This document shows positions 13,281-26,247 of a stretch of DNA of 64,000 nt, piece by piece. The notes beneath the pieces are model-generated. The model was given only the letters and a program-made list of their open reading frames with translations. It made no database searches and was not told where the DNA came from. This DNA comes from Torpedo marmorata (lineage: Eukaryota), in the NCBI GenBank assembly GCA_977017645.1, contig OZ360222.1, forward strand, positions 124,930,001 through 124,994,000, in the 5' to 3' direction. The position numbers were made by a program, and so were the translations under genes. Numbering within the stretch: the first letter of the stretch is position 1; the number at the start of each line of letters is the position of its first letter.

Positions 13281-15004
13281 TTGTAAACTGGAGTTAGCCC
13301 CCTGGTCTTTGCTGCTGCAGGCAACGTGTTCATTGACTTGAAAGAAAGCTCAATTATTTCTATATATTTAGTCCATTGAATTAATGAAGGATTCCAAAAT
13401 GCTGTTTGTGGACATCTTGACTTGCAATGCAAAAGGCACTGATGCTCTCTTTGGCCATGGGCCATGGTCTTAGACTGGAAACTTGCATGTAACATGGTGA
13501 GAGCTCGATTCACATCCCCCTTATTTTTGGTAACCACAACTAGACTGAAAAATTGCAAAGAAAGTCAATGAAAAATAAGTCAAATACACTTCCAAAAATA
13601 ACATCCTGCTTTGCCATTGCAGCCTGTTATCATAATAGAACCTTTCAATTGATCCACATACATGTAGAAACAATGTAAAGTTGTGATTCATTGTGATATG
13701 TTGTCATCTTTTTTATTATTATTGAATAGACTTCTGCACACCATATGATTCTGTTCCAAATTCAATGCAATGACAAGCGACACAGGACCTGAATGCCCTT
13801 TGGTTACACGATATTCAACTCTTTGAAACCCACAGCACTCTATTGCAAGGAAGTCCAAAATAACACATATATCTAAGTGAATTAACTCCTCAGTTGCAAA
13901 TATCCCAGCCCTTCTCCTGAAACCATTATTCTGCACAGATCAAGTTGGGGGAAAAAAACCATCATCTTTGCTGATAAAGGTACAAGAATACAAGAATAAG
14001 AAAATTTTAAAAATCCAGAAATTAGTGTTAATGTTATAGTACTGTGAGTTGTTTTGATTCGCCATTATAGAATCTGATATAGACTAGAATAGAATAGCTT
14101 TAAGCATGCTATGATTTTTATTTCAAAAGTGTAAAGAAAGAAAAAATCTAGAAATTGAAGAACTGAGCATGACATAGATCCTGAAGTTAAAGAAAGAGTT
14201 TGATGTACTTCGACCAAATTTAAAAAAAACATAAATAAGGTAGTCACTGATAAATCTAAAATGGAATTCAGGAGAATCTTCTTTGTGAAGAGAGTGGTGT
14301 TACTAGTGCATGTTATATTTAGCCATGGGGATTGACTGAGGATGAGATTATTACATTTTATAAAGGTTAATTGGATAAATGTTTGAATCAGAGGAAGAAT
14401 TACAGTTGTGGACGAAGAGCAAGATCCTGCAATTAGTTTAGGATTGCTTGACTAAGTAATTCCATCTTTCCAGGGAAAAATTTGAACAATGATAAAAAAT
14501 AATTTGCTTGACAAAGTTCAGTACCCTTATGAATGAAATTGAAAACATTGTAACTCTAAATGTCTGGGAATGATTGCTGCATTTGTTTTAAAAAAATATT
14601 ATTTGCTAAATTATTTTCTTTCAAATAAAAGGTGGCTAATGTTTCTACAGCTCTCTCAAACAAAGGATGTTTGTGCTAAATATCTTCAAAGTCAATATAA
14701 TCCCACTGTGACTGCTGATTTACACCCAGAATTGCCTTCATTGTGCAGTCAGATGAGGACTAATGTTCTCACAAAGGGCTTTAAAGGTGAATCTCTAAGA
14801 CATTTTGTATTGGAATAGTTTGTTCACAAAACAAATGTTTTACCAAGGGCTTGTAACGTACCAAACATTTTCATGATCAAATAAATGCCATTACTTTTGA
14901 ACATCATTTTTTGAAATGGCACGAGCAGGTATCACCCACCAGTCAGGAGAATAATGACTTTGCATTTGGTATCTGCTTGACATGCCCACATTCGACCCAT
15001 ATCA

Positions 15005-15785
15005 AGATTGTGAAATAAATGGCTTTGTGGCTAAGTTTGCAGATAATACAAAGATAGGAGGAGGCATGGGTAATGATGAGGAAATGGAGGAAATGGAGAG
15101 GCTGCAGAGAGACTTAGATAGATTAAGAGAATGGGCAAAGAATTGGCAAATGAAATACAATGTTGGAAATTGTATGGTCATGCACTTTGGTAGAAGGAAT
15201 AAAAGGGCAGACTATTATTTGGAAGTGGAGAAAATTCAAAATTCGGAGGTGTAAAGGGACTTGGGAGTTCTCGAGCAGGATACACTAAAGGTTAACCTCC
15301 AGGTTGAGTCAGTGCTAAAAAAGGAATAGCATATAAGAGCAAGGATGTGTTGTTGAGGCTTTATAAGGCACTGTTGAGGCATCACTTGGAGTATGGGGTA
15401 GTGTTTTGGGCTCCTTATTTAAGAAAGGATGTGCTGGCATGGCAGAGGGTTCAGAGAAGATTCACAAGAGTAATTCCTAGAATGAAGGGATTAGCATGTG
15501 AGGACTGTTTGACGGCTCTTGGACTGTACTTGAAATCAGAAGAATTTATTTTTAGACATACAGCACGGTAACAGGCCATTTCGGCCCATGAGAATGAGGG
15601 GGGACCTCATGAGGGGGGAAGCATTTCAAATGTTGCAAGGCCTAGACAGAGTAGATGTGGCTAAGTTGTTTCCCATGGTAGGGGGGGGGTCTAGGACAAG
15701 AGGGCACAACTTCAAGACAGAAGGGTGCCCATTTAAAACAGAGATGCGTTGGAATTTCTTTAGCCAGAAATTGGTGAATGTCTTT
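15005..15785 (+). mobile_element. CR1 RT C-terminal fragment
   Basis: AKFADNTKIGG, LQRDLDRL, RVQRRFTR, RTRGH motifs. Confidence 0.88.
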
Positions 15786-16229
15786 TCAGCATATTGCCTT
15801 AGGGGTCAGGAGGTTCCGCCAGCATTGATGAACTGAGGCCACAGTTTTTTGGTGGCTTTTTTGATTGGGGATAGAGGACATTTACATTACATTTACAAAT
15901 GTGGTCCCGACCCAAAACGTTGTTTGACTATTTTCTCCATAGATCCTGCCTGACCTGCTGAGTGCCTCCAGCTCATCTTTGTTTGCTCAAGATTCCAACA
16001 GTTGTGTTCCTCCAGTCTATGTTGCTGTTGTCTGACTGCTGTTGGTGTGAGCCCTTCTGTTTGTCAGCAGCAGACCTGAATTTAGTATATTCTCGTCAGA
16101 AGCTATTTCAGTTACATTTATTTGTCATCCTAAACCTGGTATAGTGAGGAGGGTTCTGCAAGCAGTCTAACAGGCTAATCTCTGACATTAATACAGCCAT
16201 ATAAAGAAAAACAAGAGCAGAATCACAGA

Positions 16230-17430
16230 GTATTGAGTTACAATAAAAAAAATCAATTAATTCCAAGCAAGGGCAGACTGCTAGCACTGTTGTGGGGTTT
16301 GGTCAGGAGCCTGATGGCTGTGGAGAAGAAATTGTCTTTAGGCTTGTTGGTGTCTGATTTCATAATTGTGAGTCTTATCCCTGATGGGAGGACGTAAGAG
16401 AGTGTGCCCAAGGTGTGATGAGTCCTTCAGAATGCTGGCGACCTTTCCTGGGTTGGAGTTCACGAAGGGGAGGGAAGTTTGCGTTGTGCTCTGGGCCGCA
16501 TTCACTACCTTCTACAGCTTCTTCCTACCTTGAGCAGAGCAGCTCCCATGCCACACTGTGATGCATCCAACAAGTATGCTTCCAATGTTGCATGTCTAGA
16601 CGTTGTTGAGGGAAAAAGGAGGGATGGTGAATGTCCTTAGTCTTCAATGAAATTAGAGGTATTTGTGCACTTTCTTGACTGTTGCATCAACAGGTTAATC
16701 CAGGTGAGGTCATTGGAGATGTTTATTCTGAAGAACTTGAAGCAATCTACTCTTTCCACATTAGCAGCATTGTAGAGTCATGCAGCAGGAAAACAGGCCC
16801 TTCACCCCAACTTGCCCCATGCCAACTGAAATGTCCATCCACACTCGATCCACCTAGCGGCATTTGGCCCATATCCTTCTGAACCCATCGTATCCATGTA
16901 TCCGTTCAATTTTTTCTTAAACATTGCTATTGATGTGGACAAGAATGTGATCTCCTGAAGTCAACGATCATCTCCTTCACCTACTGACATTGAGAGAAAT
17001 ATTATTAGCTTGGAACCATTGCACTAGACTTTCAATCTTCTTCCTGTATTCTGTCTCCTTGTTACTTGATACCCAACCTACAATTGTGGTGCCGCCAGTA
17101 AATTGGAAGATGGAGTTGAAAGGTTGTTTAGCTTTACAACTATGGGTGTAAAGGAAGTAAAGAAGGAGATAAAGTGAACATCCTTGGCGATAGCCAGTGC
17201 AGGTGTGATTGTGGAGGAGACCCATTGTGGATGACATTACCCATCCTCACTGATTGCAGTCTGTTGGTTGGGGTCCAGTATCCAGTTGCAGAGGGGAATG
17301 CTGAGTCTTAGACCCCGAAGTTTGGAGATGTGTTTGCGAGAGACTATGATATTCAAGGTGGAGTTGTAATCTATGAACAGTAGTCTGACATAAATGTCCT
17401 TGGCATCCAGGTGTACAAGAGCCAAGGTTA
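16230..17430 (-). mobile_element. Rex1-like LINE fragment (RT to 3' end), with small CR1-tail insert near 16770-16925
   Basis: YVRLLFIDYNSTLNII, LCNWILD, QGCSLYLLLYFLYTH, NNISLNVS motifs. Confidence 0.75.
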
Positions 17431-17632
17431 TGTTCATTGTGAAATTGTGCAGGTTCTGTTCATACGTTCCTTTCAGAATGTAAATATTCTAAACTTTTTG
17501 AACAGTTTTCTGATTTATTTATCGGCATCCTGAGTTAGCAAGAGTCTATGTGATTCAGGGTAGAATCTAATTTCTAGGGTCATCTGTCTGAATTAAAATA
17601 TTCCTGATTATTCCATCACACCCTTCCATAAC

Positions 17633-17865
17633 TGATACGCCCATCAATAAATCCAAAAGACTGGAAGTTGTATACGAACTGAAAGGCTTTTATTAGTTAT
17701 AGAATGGAGCTACATTCGAGCTGATGATCTGTCCCGGACTGGGGGAGGAGTTGTGGCACTATGGCCTTTATTCAAGGGGGTTTGTGGGAGGAGCCACCGG
17801 GACAGTCAGCAGGGCATGTCCAAACCTATCACCAGCCCACAATACATATACAGTGGTTTACCACA
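17633..17865 (-). mobile_element. 233-bp solo LTR (family unassigned)
   Basis: TG..CA ends; perfect 5-bp TSD ATAAC at 17628-17632 and 17866-17870; AATAAA on minus strand. Confidence 0.8.
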
Positions 17866-20076
17866 ATAACCTTAACGACTTCCATCAGTCCACTCTTCAA
17901 CTCCTTCTTTGTGAGATAAGAATCGTCTTTGGGATATTGGGTGAGGCATGCAACTGGGATGCCATTTCATCCCATTGGATTTCCTCCCAACTAGTTAGGC
18001 ACAAATGGCCCTCCTGATCATGCCTGGTGTGTTGTCAATTAATGTTGTCTTCCATTACATAGAAATGTGACTCAGGACCCATTTAATATGATTTTCATTT
18101 CTTTAAAGAATGCTAAGCACAGCATTTCCTAACTTCAACGATGTTAAAATAACAACTCAGTCCACTCATAAACAAAAGGACAATTCACAAACCTCTTCCT
18201 AAATAGACCTTTCAGCTGGATAGTCAAAAGGGCCACAGTGGGCTAACAAAATGATCATCATAGACATCATTATCCTCTTCTGTTCAGTTATTGTTCAATA
18301 TGCCTCCTTTCCTTCTTTTGTGTTCAACAAACCTCGTGCTGCTCATGGCTGCCAAGAGCAAGGTAATTAAAACTCCCCCTTGTCTTATTTTAGTGACTAA
18401 TAAATAAATCCCCATTTTACAACCATGTGAAGTGCAAATAGCTACCTAGGGTTATGGGAAGAGAAAAATCTGTGTGACTACAGGGAGCTGTTTAACAACA
18501 ACAATGTGTGATAGCTTGATAAGTGTTCTGGCATGTTTTGAATGGGGTAGTTGTAATGTAATACATTCTTTATTCTTCCCATATCTAAGATCCCCATTGA
18601 TGGACACTATCGCATGCAGACTCAACTTTTCACTTCTTTAAACCTCAAATTTTGTCACTTCTTTTTCTTAACGAAATCATTTTCATTCTACTTTTTCTTT
18701 CGGTTACTGAAGACCTTTTTATGAGCTAAAGTATGGTGGAGTTTTCAGGTGAATGATTAATATTATTCCTTGGGGTAATGTTGAATAAAGCTGGAATGTT
18801 GAAAAAGATCAAGCAAATGTATCCACTGTCTAAATATAGCAGACACTGGGAATCTAAATAGAACTGAAAATGTGAATATACTCAATGAGTCAGGTGCCAT
18901 TTGTGGGGAGAACAACAGAATTAATATTTCAAGCAAATGACTTTTTGTTGGAACTGAGAAAACTGAAAATAAAGAAAGTTTTAAGCGACAGAGAGTACAC
19001 AAAGTAAAGTTTGCGATATGGTAGTGGACAGGAGAAATTAAATTACAAAAGGTATGATGGACTTGCATGAAAGAGGGTTGCTGAATTATTCGGGAATAAT
19101 AAAAACCCAGGTCTGAAAAAGGTATATTTACAAGAGGCTGAGTAGTAATCTGTAGAATATCTGTGAATATGTGGAAGGAATTTGTCTCCTTCTCTTTCTG
19201 TCTCCATATGTCAATCCCTCTAGATGCCCACTCATCTTTATCTCCTTAGCCATTGAATTGTCTATCCAGCCAACTCTTCAATGGTTCAAATAGGGCATAT
19301 GCATTTTGTGCCAGATATTAGAGTTAATGATCATAAGTGTGTCCTGGGTTTGTGAAAGTCAATAAAGACTGAGAATTTCACTGTGTGTTTCATAGAGCAG
19401 CATTTTTCAGTTTCCTTGTGCAATGCTGAGTTGAACTTAACAATATCTCTTTCAGCGCAGCATTCTCTACTGACCAGAGAACCATAGAACACTACAGCAC
19501 AGAAACAGGCCCTTCAGCCCTTGTAGTCTGTGCTGAACTATTTTTCTGCCTAGTCTTACTGATCTGTACCTGGACCATATCCCTCCATACCCCTCCTGTC
19601 CATGTAACTGTCCAAAGTTTTCTTAAATGTCAAAATTGAGCCTGCATTTACCAATTCAGCTGGAAACTTATTCCACACTCCTACCATTTTCTGTATGAAG
19701 AAGTTCCCCCTAATGTTCCCTTTAAACTTTTCCCCTCTCACCCTTAACCAATGTACTCTACTTTTTATCTCACCTAACCTCGGTGGAAAAAGCCTGCTTG
19801 TAATTACTCTCTTTACCCATCATAATTTTAAATACCTCTATCAAATCTCCCCTCATTCTTCTGCACTCCAGGGAATAAAGTCCTAACCTGTCTAACCTTT
19901 CCCTGTAAAAACACAGAAATGCTGGAGGAACTCCGCAGCTCTCTCAGCATAAAGGAGGTAAAGATATAAAACCGACATTCAGGCCTGAGCCCTTCTTCAA
20001 GGTATGAGTAAAAAGCAGGCAGGCGCATGAACTAATAGGCTGGGAGGGAAGTATGGGCAGGGGGAGGAGTACAGAC

Positions 20077-21001
20077 TGTTATGGACTATGACTGACCATT
20101 TGGACTGCGGAGAGTCAGCAGGAAGGATGAAGTATTTTGGAGTATACACTGGGGCCAGGTACTGAAAGAGTTAACTTCCCCAGGACTTGGTGTACCCAGA
20201 CAGAGAGAGAGAGACAGGCTGTGGACAAAGATACATTGTTGCACTTTTGGTGTACCCAGACAGAGAGAGACCAGAGAGAGAGAGAGACAGGCTGTGGACA
20301 AAAATACATTGTGGCACTTTTGCAAAAGCAGGTGCAGACCTCTGCAAAAAGCAGATAGTTGGGAGTTGCAAAGGCTAGAGAACACAGCCAAATCCAGGCT
20401 TGTGCATAGTCAGAGAAAAGACTGGCAGAATAGCACATGACCTCCTGTCTCAGAGAAATTTTGAGTTAAAAGCAACTTCTGTGGAGAACAGACGTGAGAT
20501 CAGCGAGACTAGCTGTGAGATCCAAGCACACGCCTAAATCAGTGGTATACTGATCTGAACTCGCAATCCTTATGAACACACAAGAAGGGGACGTCATCAG
20601 AGAAGAAAACAAGTATTTGTAAGCATAAACAGTCATTTTCTCTCTCCAACGTTCATTCAGAAGTACTACCAGACACAGAGCTGAATTTGAAGCCTGAACT
20701 TAGAGAGTGAATTTTGTGGACTGTATTATTATTTTTTTTGACTGACTTGTTTTTTTATGACTGACCTGGGGTTTTAGGGGAAGGTTTTTCCATTTTTACA
20801 TAAGGGTTGGGCACAGACTGTAATGGTCTGGGCTTTACACACACACACACACACCTTTTAGATAAGAATAGTGTTTATAGACGTTTATAGTGGGGTTAAT
20901 TGTTGTGAAATTATATGTTTAATTGTGTTTAATAAATAGTAATTTCAATTTTACCCCTTTTGCATTGCGTCTTCTGTCGTTGCTGGTTTGATTTTGTAAC
21001 A
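20077..21001 (+). repeat. 5' LTR of Gmr1-like element
   Basis: TGTTATGG...TTTTGTAACA; direct repeat of 25143-26074. Confidence 0.95.
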
Positions 21002-21004
21002 AAT

Positions 21005-21027
21005 TGGGGGCTCGTCCGGGATTTGAA
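21005..21027 (+). promoter_or_regulatory. Primer-binding site, tRNA-Pro
   Basis: TGGGGGCTCGTCCGGGATTTGAA is complementary to the tRNA-Pro 3' end; degenerate second copy at 21154. Confidence 0.92.
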
Positions 21028-21255
21028 TTAAAAATCCATCTTGGTAATTGAAGGAATCCCAGTTTGGTTTAAGGCATTCCTTTTGTAAAGCTAATTAAAA
21101 GCTAGTGTGTGTGTAAAAAAAAAAAAAACCAGCAACAATGGATGTAGAACATTTGGGGGCTCGTTGCGGGATTTGAATCAAAATCCATCTTGGTAATTGA
21201 AGGAATCCCAGTTTGGTTTAAGGCATTCCTTTTGTAAAGCTAATTAAAAGCTAGT

Positions 21256-22340
21256 GTGTGTGTAACAAAAAAACCAGCAACAATGGATGTAGAACATTTT
21301 TTGGAATCACCTGAACCTGATACTTTAAAAAAGGCGAAAAAGGAACAGTTAGTGGCTATAGCAACAGAGTTGGGCATTGCTTCTGTAAAACCATCTATGA
21401 AAAAGGCAGAGATTGGGAGAAAAATAGTCAAATACTATATAAAAGAAAAAAAGTTTGAGGAGAGCATGTTAGAGCAGTTTCCCAAGGGTAAACCTTCTGA
21501 AAACATACAGTTGGAACTAAAGAAATTAGAATTGGAATTGGAACAAAAGAGACACGAGAACGATGAGAGAAATAGGAGATATATGCTGGAAAAGATGAGG
21601 TTGGAAAATGAGAGGAGACAAGAAGAGCGCCAAGATCAAATTCGTCATCCTGCTGAGGGGTTTTTGGCTAGTAGAGAAGTTAGGTTGGTTCCTCCATTTG
21701 AGGAGGCAGAAATAGATAAGTACTTCCAACATTTTGAGAAGGTGGCTGTGAAATTAAAATGGCCACAAGACCAATGGTCTCTTATGTTACAAAGTGTAAT
21801 AAAAGGAAAAGCTCAGCAAGCTTATTGTACTCTTACCACGGAGCAAGCTGCTGATTATGAAATGGTGAAAAAGGCTATACTCCAGGCTTATGAGTTAGTT
21901 CCAGAGGCTTATAGACAGAAGTTTAGAAATTTAAAAAGATCAGCAACCCAATCTTATACAGAGTTTGCCTATGAAAAAGTTGTGTGTTTTGACAGGTGGT
22001 GCACATCTAAGGCAGTAAACAATGATTACAATCAATTGAGAGAATTGATAATAATCGAGGTGTGTTCCTGAGGATATTAAGGCATACTTAGATGAAAAGG
22101 AGGTGAAAACTTGGCAAAATTCAGCTAAGTTAGCAGATGAATATGCTTTAACCCACAAGCCGAAGTGGACGTCAGGTAGAATTTTCCAAAAGGTCACTGT
22201 GGATAATCAGAAGCAAGTGTAAAGTAAATTTGGAAGTGGTGTTAAGGAAAGGGATGAAGGAAAGTGGAAAAGGGAAAACAATTCGGGTCCCATTTGCCAC
22301 TACTGTAGGAAGGCTGGTCATATGATAGCAAGCTGTCCAG
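21256..22340 (+). pseudogene. Gag with SCAN-like capsid region and CCHC knuckle, frameshifted near 22060
   Basis: LVPPFEEAEIDKYFQHFEKVA, ELVPEAYRQKFRNL; CHYCRKAGHMIASC near 22295-22336. Confidence 0.82.
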
Positions 22341-24230
22341 TGTTGAAAAAGAAGAGAGAAAAGGATGCAACACCTAATGCATGTATTCAGAGTGAGAAGA
22401 TGTATAACACCCAGGAAGGAGATAAATTTACTGACAAAGTTAAAGATGTATTTAAACCTTTTGTGACTGATGGTTTTGATTCAGTTAAGGCAGGATCAAA
22501 ACAAGTTCCAGTGAAAATCTTGCGAGATACTGGAGCTGCTCAGTCACATGTGTTAGATAGTGTCTTGGAATTTTGTGAAGCTACTGACACCAGTGACATA
22601 AATTTAATTAAAGGAATTGGTGGTGAAGTTGAGTCCATTCCTTTGCACAAAATAGTATTGGACTCAGACTTGGTGGAAGGACCAGTTATAATAGGAGTGA
22701 GATCAGAGTTGCCCATAGAAGGAGTCTCACTGTTGTTAGGCAATGACTTGGCCAAGGGTAAAGTAGTTCCTGCAGTGCGAATGACCACTAAGCCAGTCAT
22801 TGATAAGTCAGAGAAAGACTCTGATATTTATCCGGCATGTGCCATAACCATGGCTATGTCTAAGAAAAATGTCACTGTAGAGAAGGCAGTGGAAAATAAC
22901 TTGGTAAAAGAAAAAGACAGTGATAATCAAGAAAACCTGGAAAAGGTTGAGCAATCTCCTATGTTACACCCATCCACTGATAAGACACCTAAAGGCACAG
23001 ATTTGTCACTATCCCATCAGGAGTTAATAGCAAGGCAAAAGGACAATCCTGATCTTGCTGAGGTGAGGGATAAGGTTCTCTCTGAAGAGGAGATTAAAAA
23101 GGTGCCAGTGGGTTATTATGAAAAAGATGGGGTGTTGATGAGAAAGTGGAGACCATGTGATGTTCCTTCCAATGAAGAATGGGCAGTAGTGCAGCAGGTT
23201 GTGATCCCTAAAGTATATAGGGATGCAATAATAACTTTGGCTCATAGTACACCCTTAGGTGGTCATCTTGGGGTGAAGAAAACTATAAGGAAGATAATGA
23301 AACAATTTTATTGGCCCAGTTTGAGAAGGGAGGTTGTAAGCTTTTGCCGGGCCTGTCACACTTGTCAGGTGGTGGGTAAACCTAATCATGGTCCCCTGGT
23401 GGCACCCTTGCAACCTATCCCTTCTTTCAGTGAGCCTTTCTCGAGAGTAATTGTGGACTGTGTTGGCCCATTGCCCAAAACCAAAGCGGGGAATGAGTAT
23501 TTGTTAACAATTATGTGTGCAGCCACCAGATTTCCTGAGGCCATTCCTCTGAGAAACATTAAAGCAAAGTCAATTGTAAAGGCTATGGTAAAGTTTTTCA
23601 CCTTGGTAGGTTTGCCAAGGGAAATTCAATCAGATCAGGGCAGTAATTTCATGTCAGGCGTTTTCCAACAAGTGGTTGATGGACTAGGAGTTAAACAGAT
23701 TGTATCCTCTGCGTACCATCCAGAAAGTCAAGGGGCCTTGGAGAGGTTCCATTCGACTTTGAAAACCATGATTAGAACCTATTGTTGTGAGAAGGAAAAG
23801 GATTGGGATGAGGGGGTTCATTTGTTGTTATTTGCAGCGAGGGAGTCTGTCCATTTGAGTTAGTTTTCGGACATGAGGTGAGAGGTCCTTTAAGATTATT
23901 AAAAGAACAGTGTATTAATCGTGATGTGCATTTAAATCTGTTAGATTATGTTTCCAAATTTAAGGATCGGTTACATAGGGCTTGTGAGATGGCAAAGGAG
24001 AATTCAAAGGCCACTCAACAGAGAATGAAGGTTTGGTATGATCGAAAGGCAAAGATGAGAACTTTTAAACCTGGTGAGAACGTATTAGTTCTGTTTCCCA
24101 TCCATTGAAATCCTCTTAGGGCTAGATTTTCAGGACCCTATAGAGTTAAGTCAAAAATTAATGATGTCACCTATGTCATAGAAACACCTAATCGCAGACG
24201 AGACATGTGAATATGATTAAGCCATATTTT
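22322..24230 (+). pseudogene. Protease-integrase of Gmr1-like pol
   Basis: ILRDTGA; H..GGHLG..C..C zinc motif; IVDCVGP, SDQGSNF, YHPESQGALERFH; GPY. Confidence 0.9.
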
Positions 24231-25010
24231 GAACAGGTGCCACACAAAGGGACTGAAAATGTACCAGAGGTACTGGTTATTGACAGGGGTAAGGAGGAGA
24301 CAGATAAAACAAGTTTCAGAGAGGGTCATGGGACTATTAATTCTCGGAGTTATGTAGTAGGACAGGGGCAGTTGGCACCAGTAGAGGCAAAGGTTGTGGC
24401 TATTTCCGAGTTCCCTGTTCCAACTGGTAAGAAAACTCTGAGGAGGTTCCTGGGAATGATTGGCTACTACCGCAAGTTCTGTAAATACTTTGCTGATCTT
24501 GCGCTCCCTCTCACAAATTTGCTTAGAAAGAAAGAAAAATTTGTATGGTCAACAGGTTGTCAGGAAGCATTTGCCAAATTGAAAGCCATGTTATGCCACC
24601 AACCTGTGCTTAAGTCACCTAATTTAGAACAGCCGTTTTCTTTAGCCGTGGATGCCAGCGATGAAGCTGTGGGTGCGGTGCTGTTACAGAAGAAGAACGA
24701 AGAGGACATTGACCATCCGGTATCCTACTTCTCGAAGAAGTTCAATGATCATCAAAGGAATTATTCAACCATAGAAAAAGAGTTGTTGGCTCTTGTGTTG
24801 GCTCTACAACACTTTGATGTGTATATCTGTACAGCTCAAAAACCACTCATAGTGTATACTGACCATAATCCATTGGTTTTTCTTTGTAAAATGAAAAATA
24901 AGAATCGACGGTTGTTGAATTGGAGTCTAATTTTGCAAGAATATAATTTGGTAATCACACATATAAAAGGGAAAGATAATGTAATTGCTGATTGTCTTTC
25001 TCGATGTTAA
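24207..25010 (+). pseudogene. RT thumb/connection and RNase H; RT palm absent
   Basis: LRRFLGMIGYYRKF, AVDASDEAVGAVLLQ, YSTIEKELLA, YTDHNPL, IADCLSR; no YxDD anywhere in the element. Confidence 0.88.
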
Positions 25011-25130
25011 ACTTTATCAATGAAAATAGTTCATATTTTGTATTTGTGGATGAACATTGTAGATTTGGTTTATATTGTGACACCTCAATTACTTTCCAAA
25101 ATTTTGTTCTTGCAGACCAAAATTTCCTTT

Positions 25131-25142
25131 GTGGGTGGGAGG
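25131..25142 (+). promoter_or_regulatory. Polypurine tract
   Basis: GTGGGTGGGAGG abutting the 3' LTR. Confidence 0.8.
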
Positions 25143-26074
25143 TGTTATGGACCATGACTGACCATTTGGACTGCGGACAGTCAGCAGGAAGGATGAAGTA
25201 TTTTGGAGTATACACTGGGGCCAGGTAATGAAAGAGTTAACTTCCCCAGGACTTGGTGTACACAGTCAGAGAGAGAGAGAGAGACAGGCTGTGGACAAAG
25301 ATACATTGTTGCACTTTTGGTGTACCCAGACAGAGAGAGACCAGAGAGAGAGAGAGAGAGACAGGCTGTGGACAAAGATACACTGTGGCACTTTTGCAAA
25401 AGCAGGTGCAGACCTCTGCAAAAAGCAGACAGTTGGGAGTTGCAAAGGCTAGAGAACACAGCCAAATCCAGGCTTGTGCATAGTCAGAGAAAAGACTGGC
25501 AGAATAGCACATGGCCTCCTGTCTCAGAGAAATTCTGAGTTAAAAGCAACTTCTGTGCAGTACAGGCGTGAGATCAGCGAGACTAGCTGTGAGATCCAAG
25601 CACACGCCTAAATCAGTGGTATACTGATCTGAACTCGCAATCCTTATGAACACACAAGAAGGGGACGTCATCAGAGAAGAAAACAAGTATTTGTAAGCAT
25701 AAACAGTCATTGTCTCTCTCCAACGTTCATTCAGAAGTACTTCTACCAGACACAGAGCTGAATTTGAAGCCTGAACTTAGAGAGTGAATTTTGTGGACTG
25801 TATTATTATTTTTTTTGACTGACTTGTTTTTTATGACTGACCTGGGGTTTTTGGGTAAGTTTTTCCATTTTTACATAAGGGTTGGGCACAGACTGTAATG
25901 GTCTGGGCTTTACACACACACACACACCTTTTAGATAAGAATAGTGTTTATAGACGTTTATAGTGGGGTTAATTGTTGTGAAATTATATGTTTAATTGTG
26001 TTTAATAAATATAAATTTCAATTTTACCCCTTTTGCATTGCGTCTTCTGTCGTTGCTGGTTTGATTTTGTAACA
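25143..26074 (+). repeat. 3' LTR of Gmr1-like element
   Basis: Direct repeat of 20077-21001, roughly 97-98% identical by eye. Confidence 0.95.
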
Positions 26075-26211
26075 AGACCAACAGACAAAAGGTGTTAATT
26101 GGATATGGATGAGACACAGTAGAGAGAAAAGATGAGAATTGACTGGGGAGGGGAGGTTGTTTTTGGCTCTGTGGAAACAGAGCTGGGGGAAAAGAGGCAG
26201 AGAAAAGGGGG

Positions 26212-26247
<36 letters not shown>

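Larger units (their letters stand above)
20077..26074 (+). mobile_element. Gmr1-like Gypsy LTR retrotransposon (PR-INT-[RT deleted]-RH order)
   Basis: Two ~925-bp TG..CA LTRs, 4-bp TSD AGAC (20073-20076, 26075-26078), tRNA-Pro PBS, PPT, integrase upstream of RNase H. Confidence 0.93.

Noticed and set aside
20086-20438. Short ORFs in Gmr1 LTRs (also 1246-1740 and 25181-25538)
   Set aside because: Products of GA microsatellites with frames not conserved among LTR copies.
21005-21027. tRNA-Pro gene
   Set aside because: Only the 3'-terminal complement is present, adjacent to an LTR; it is a PBS.
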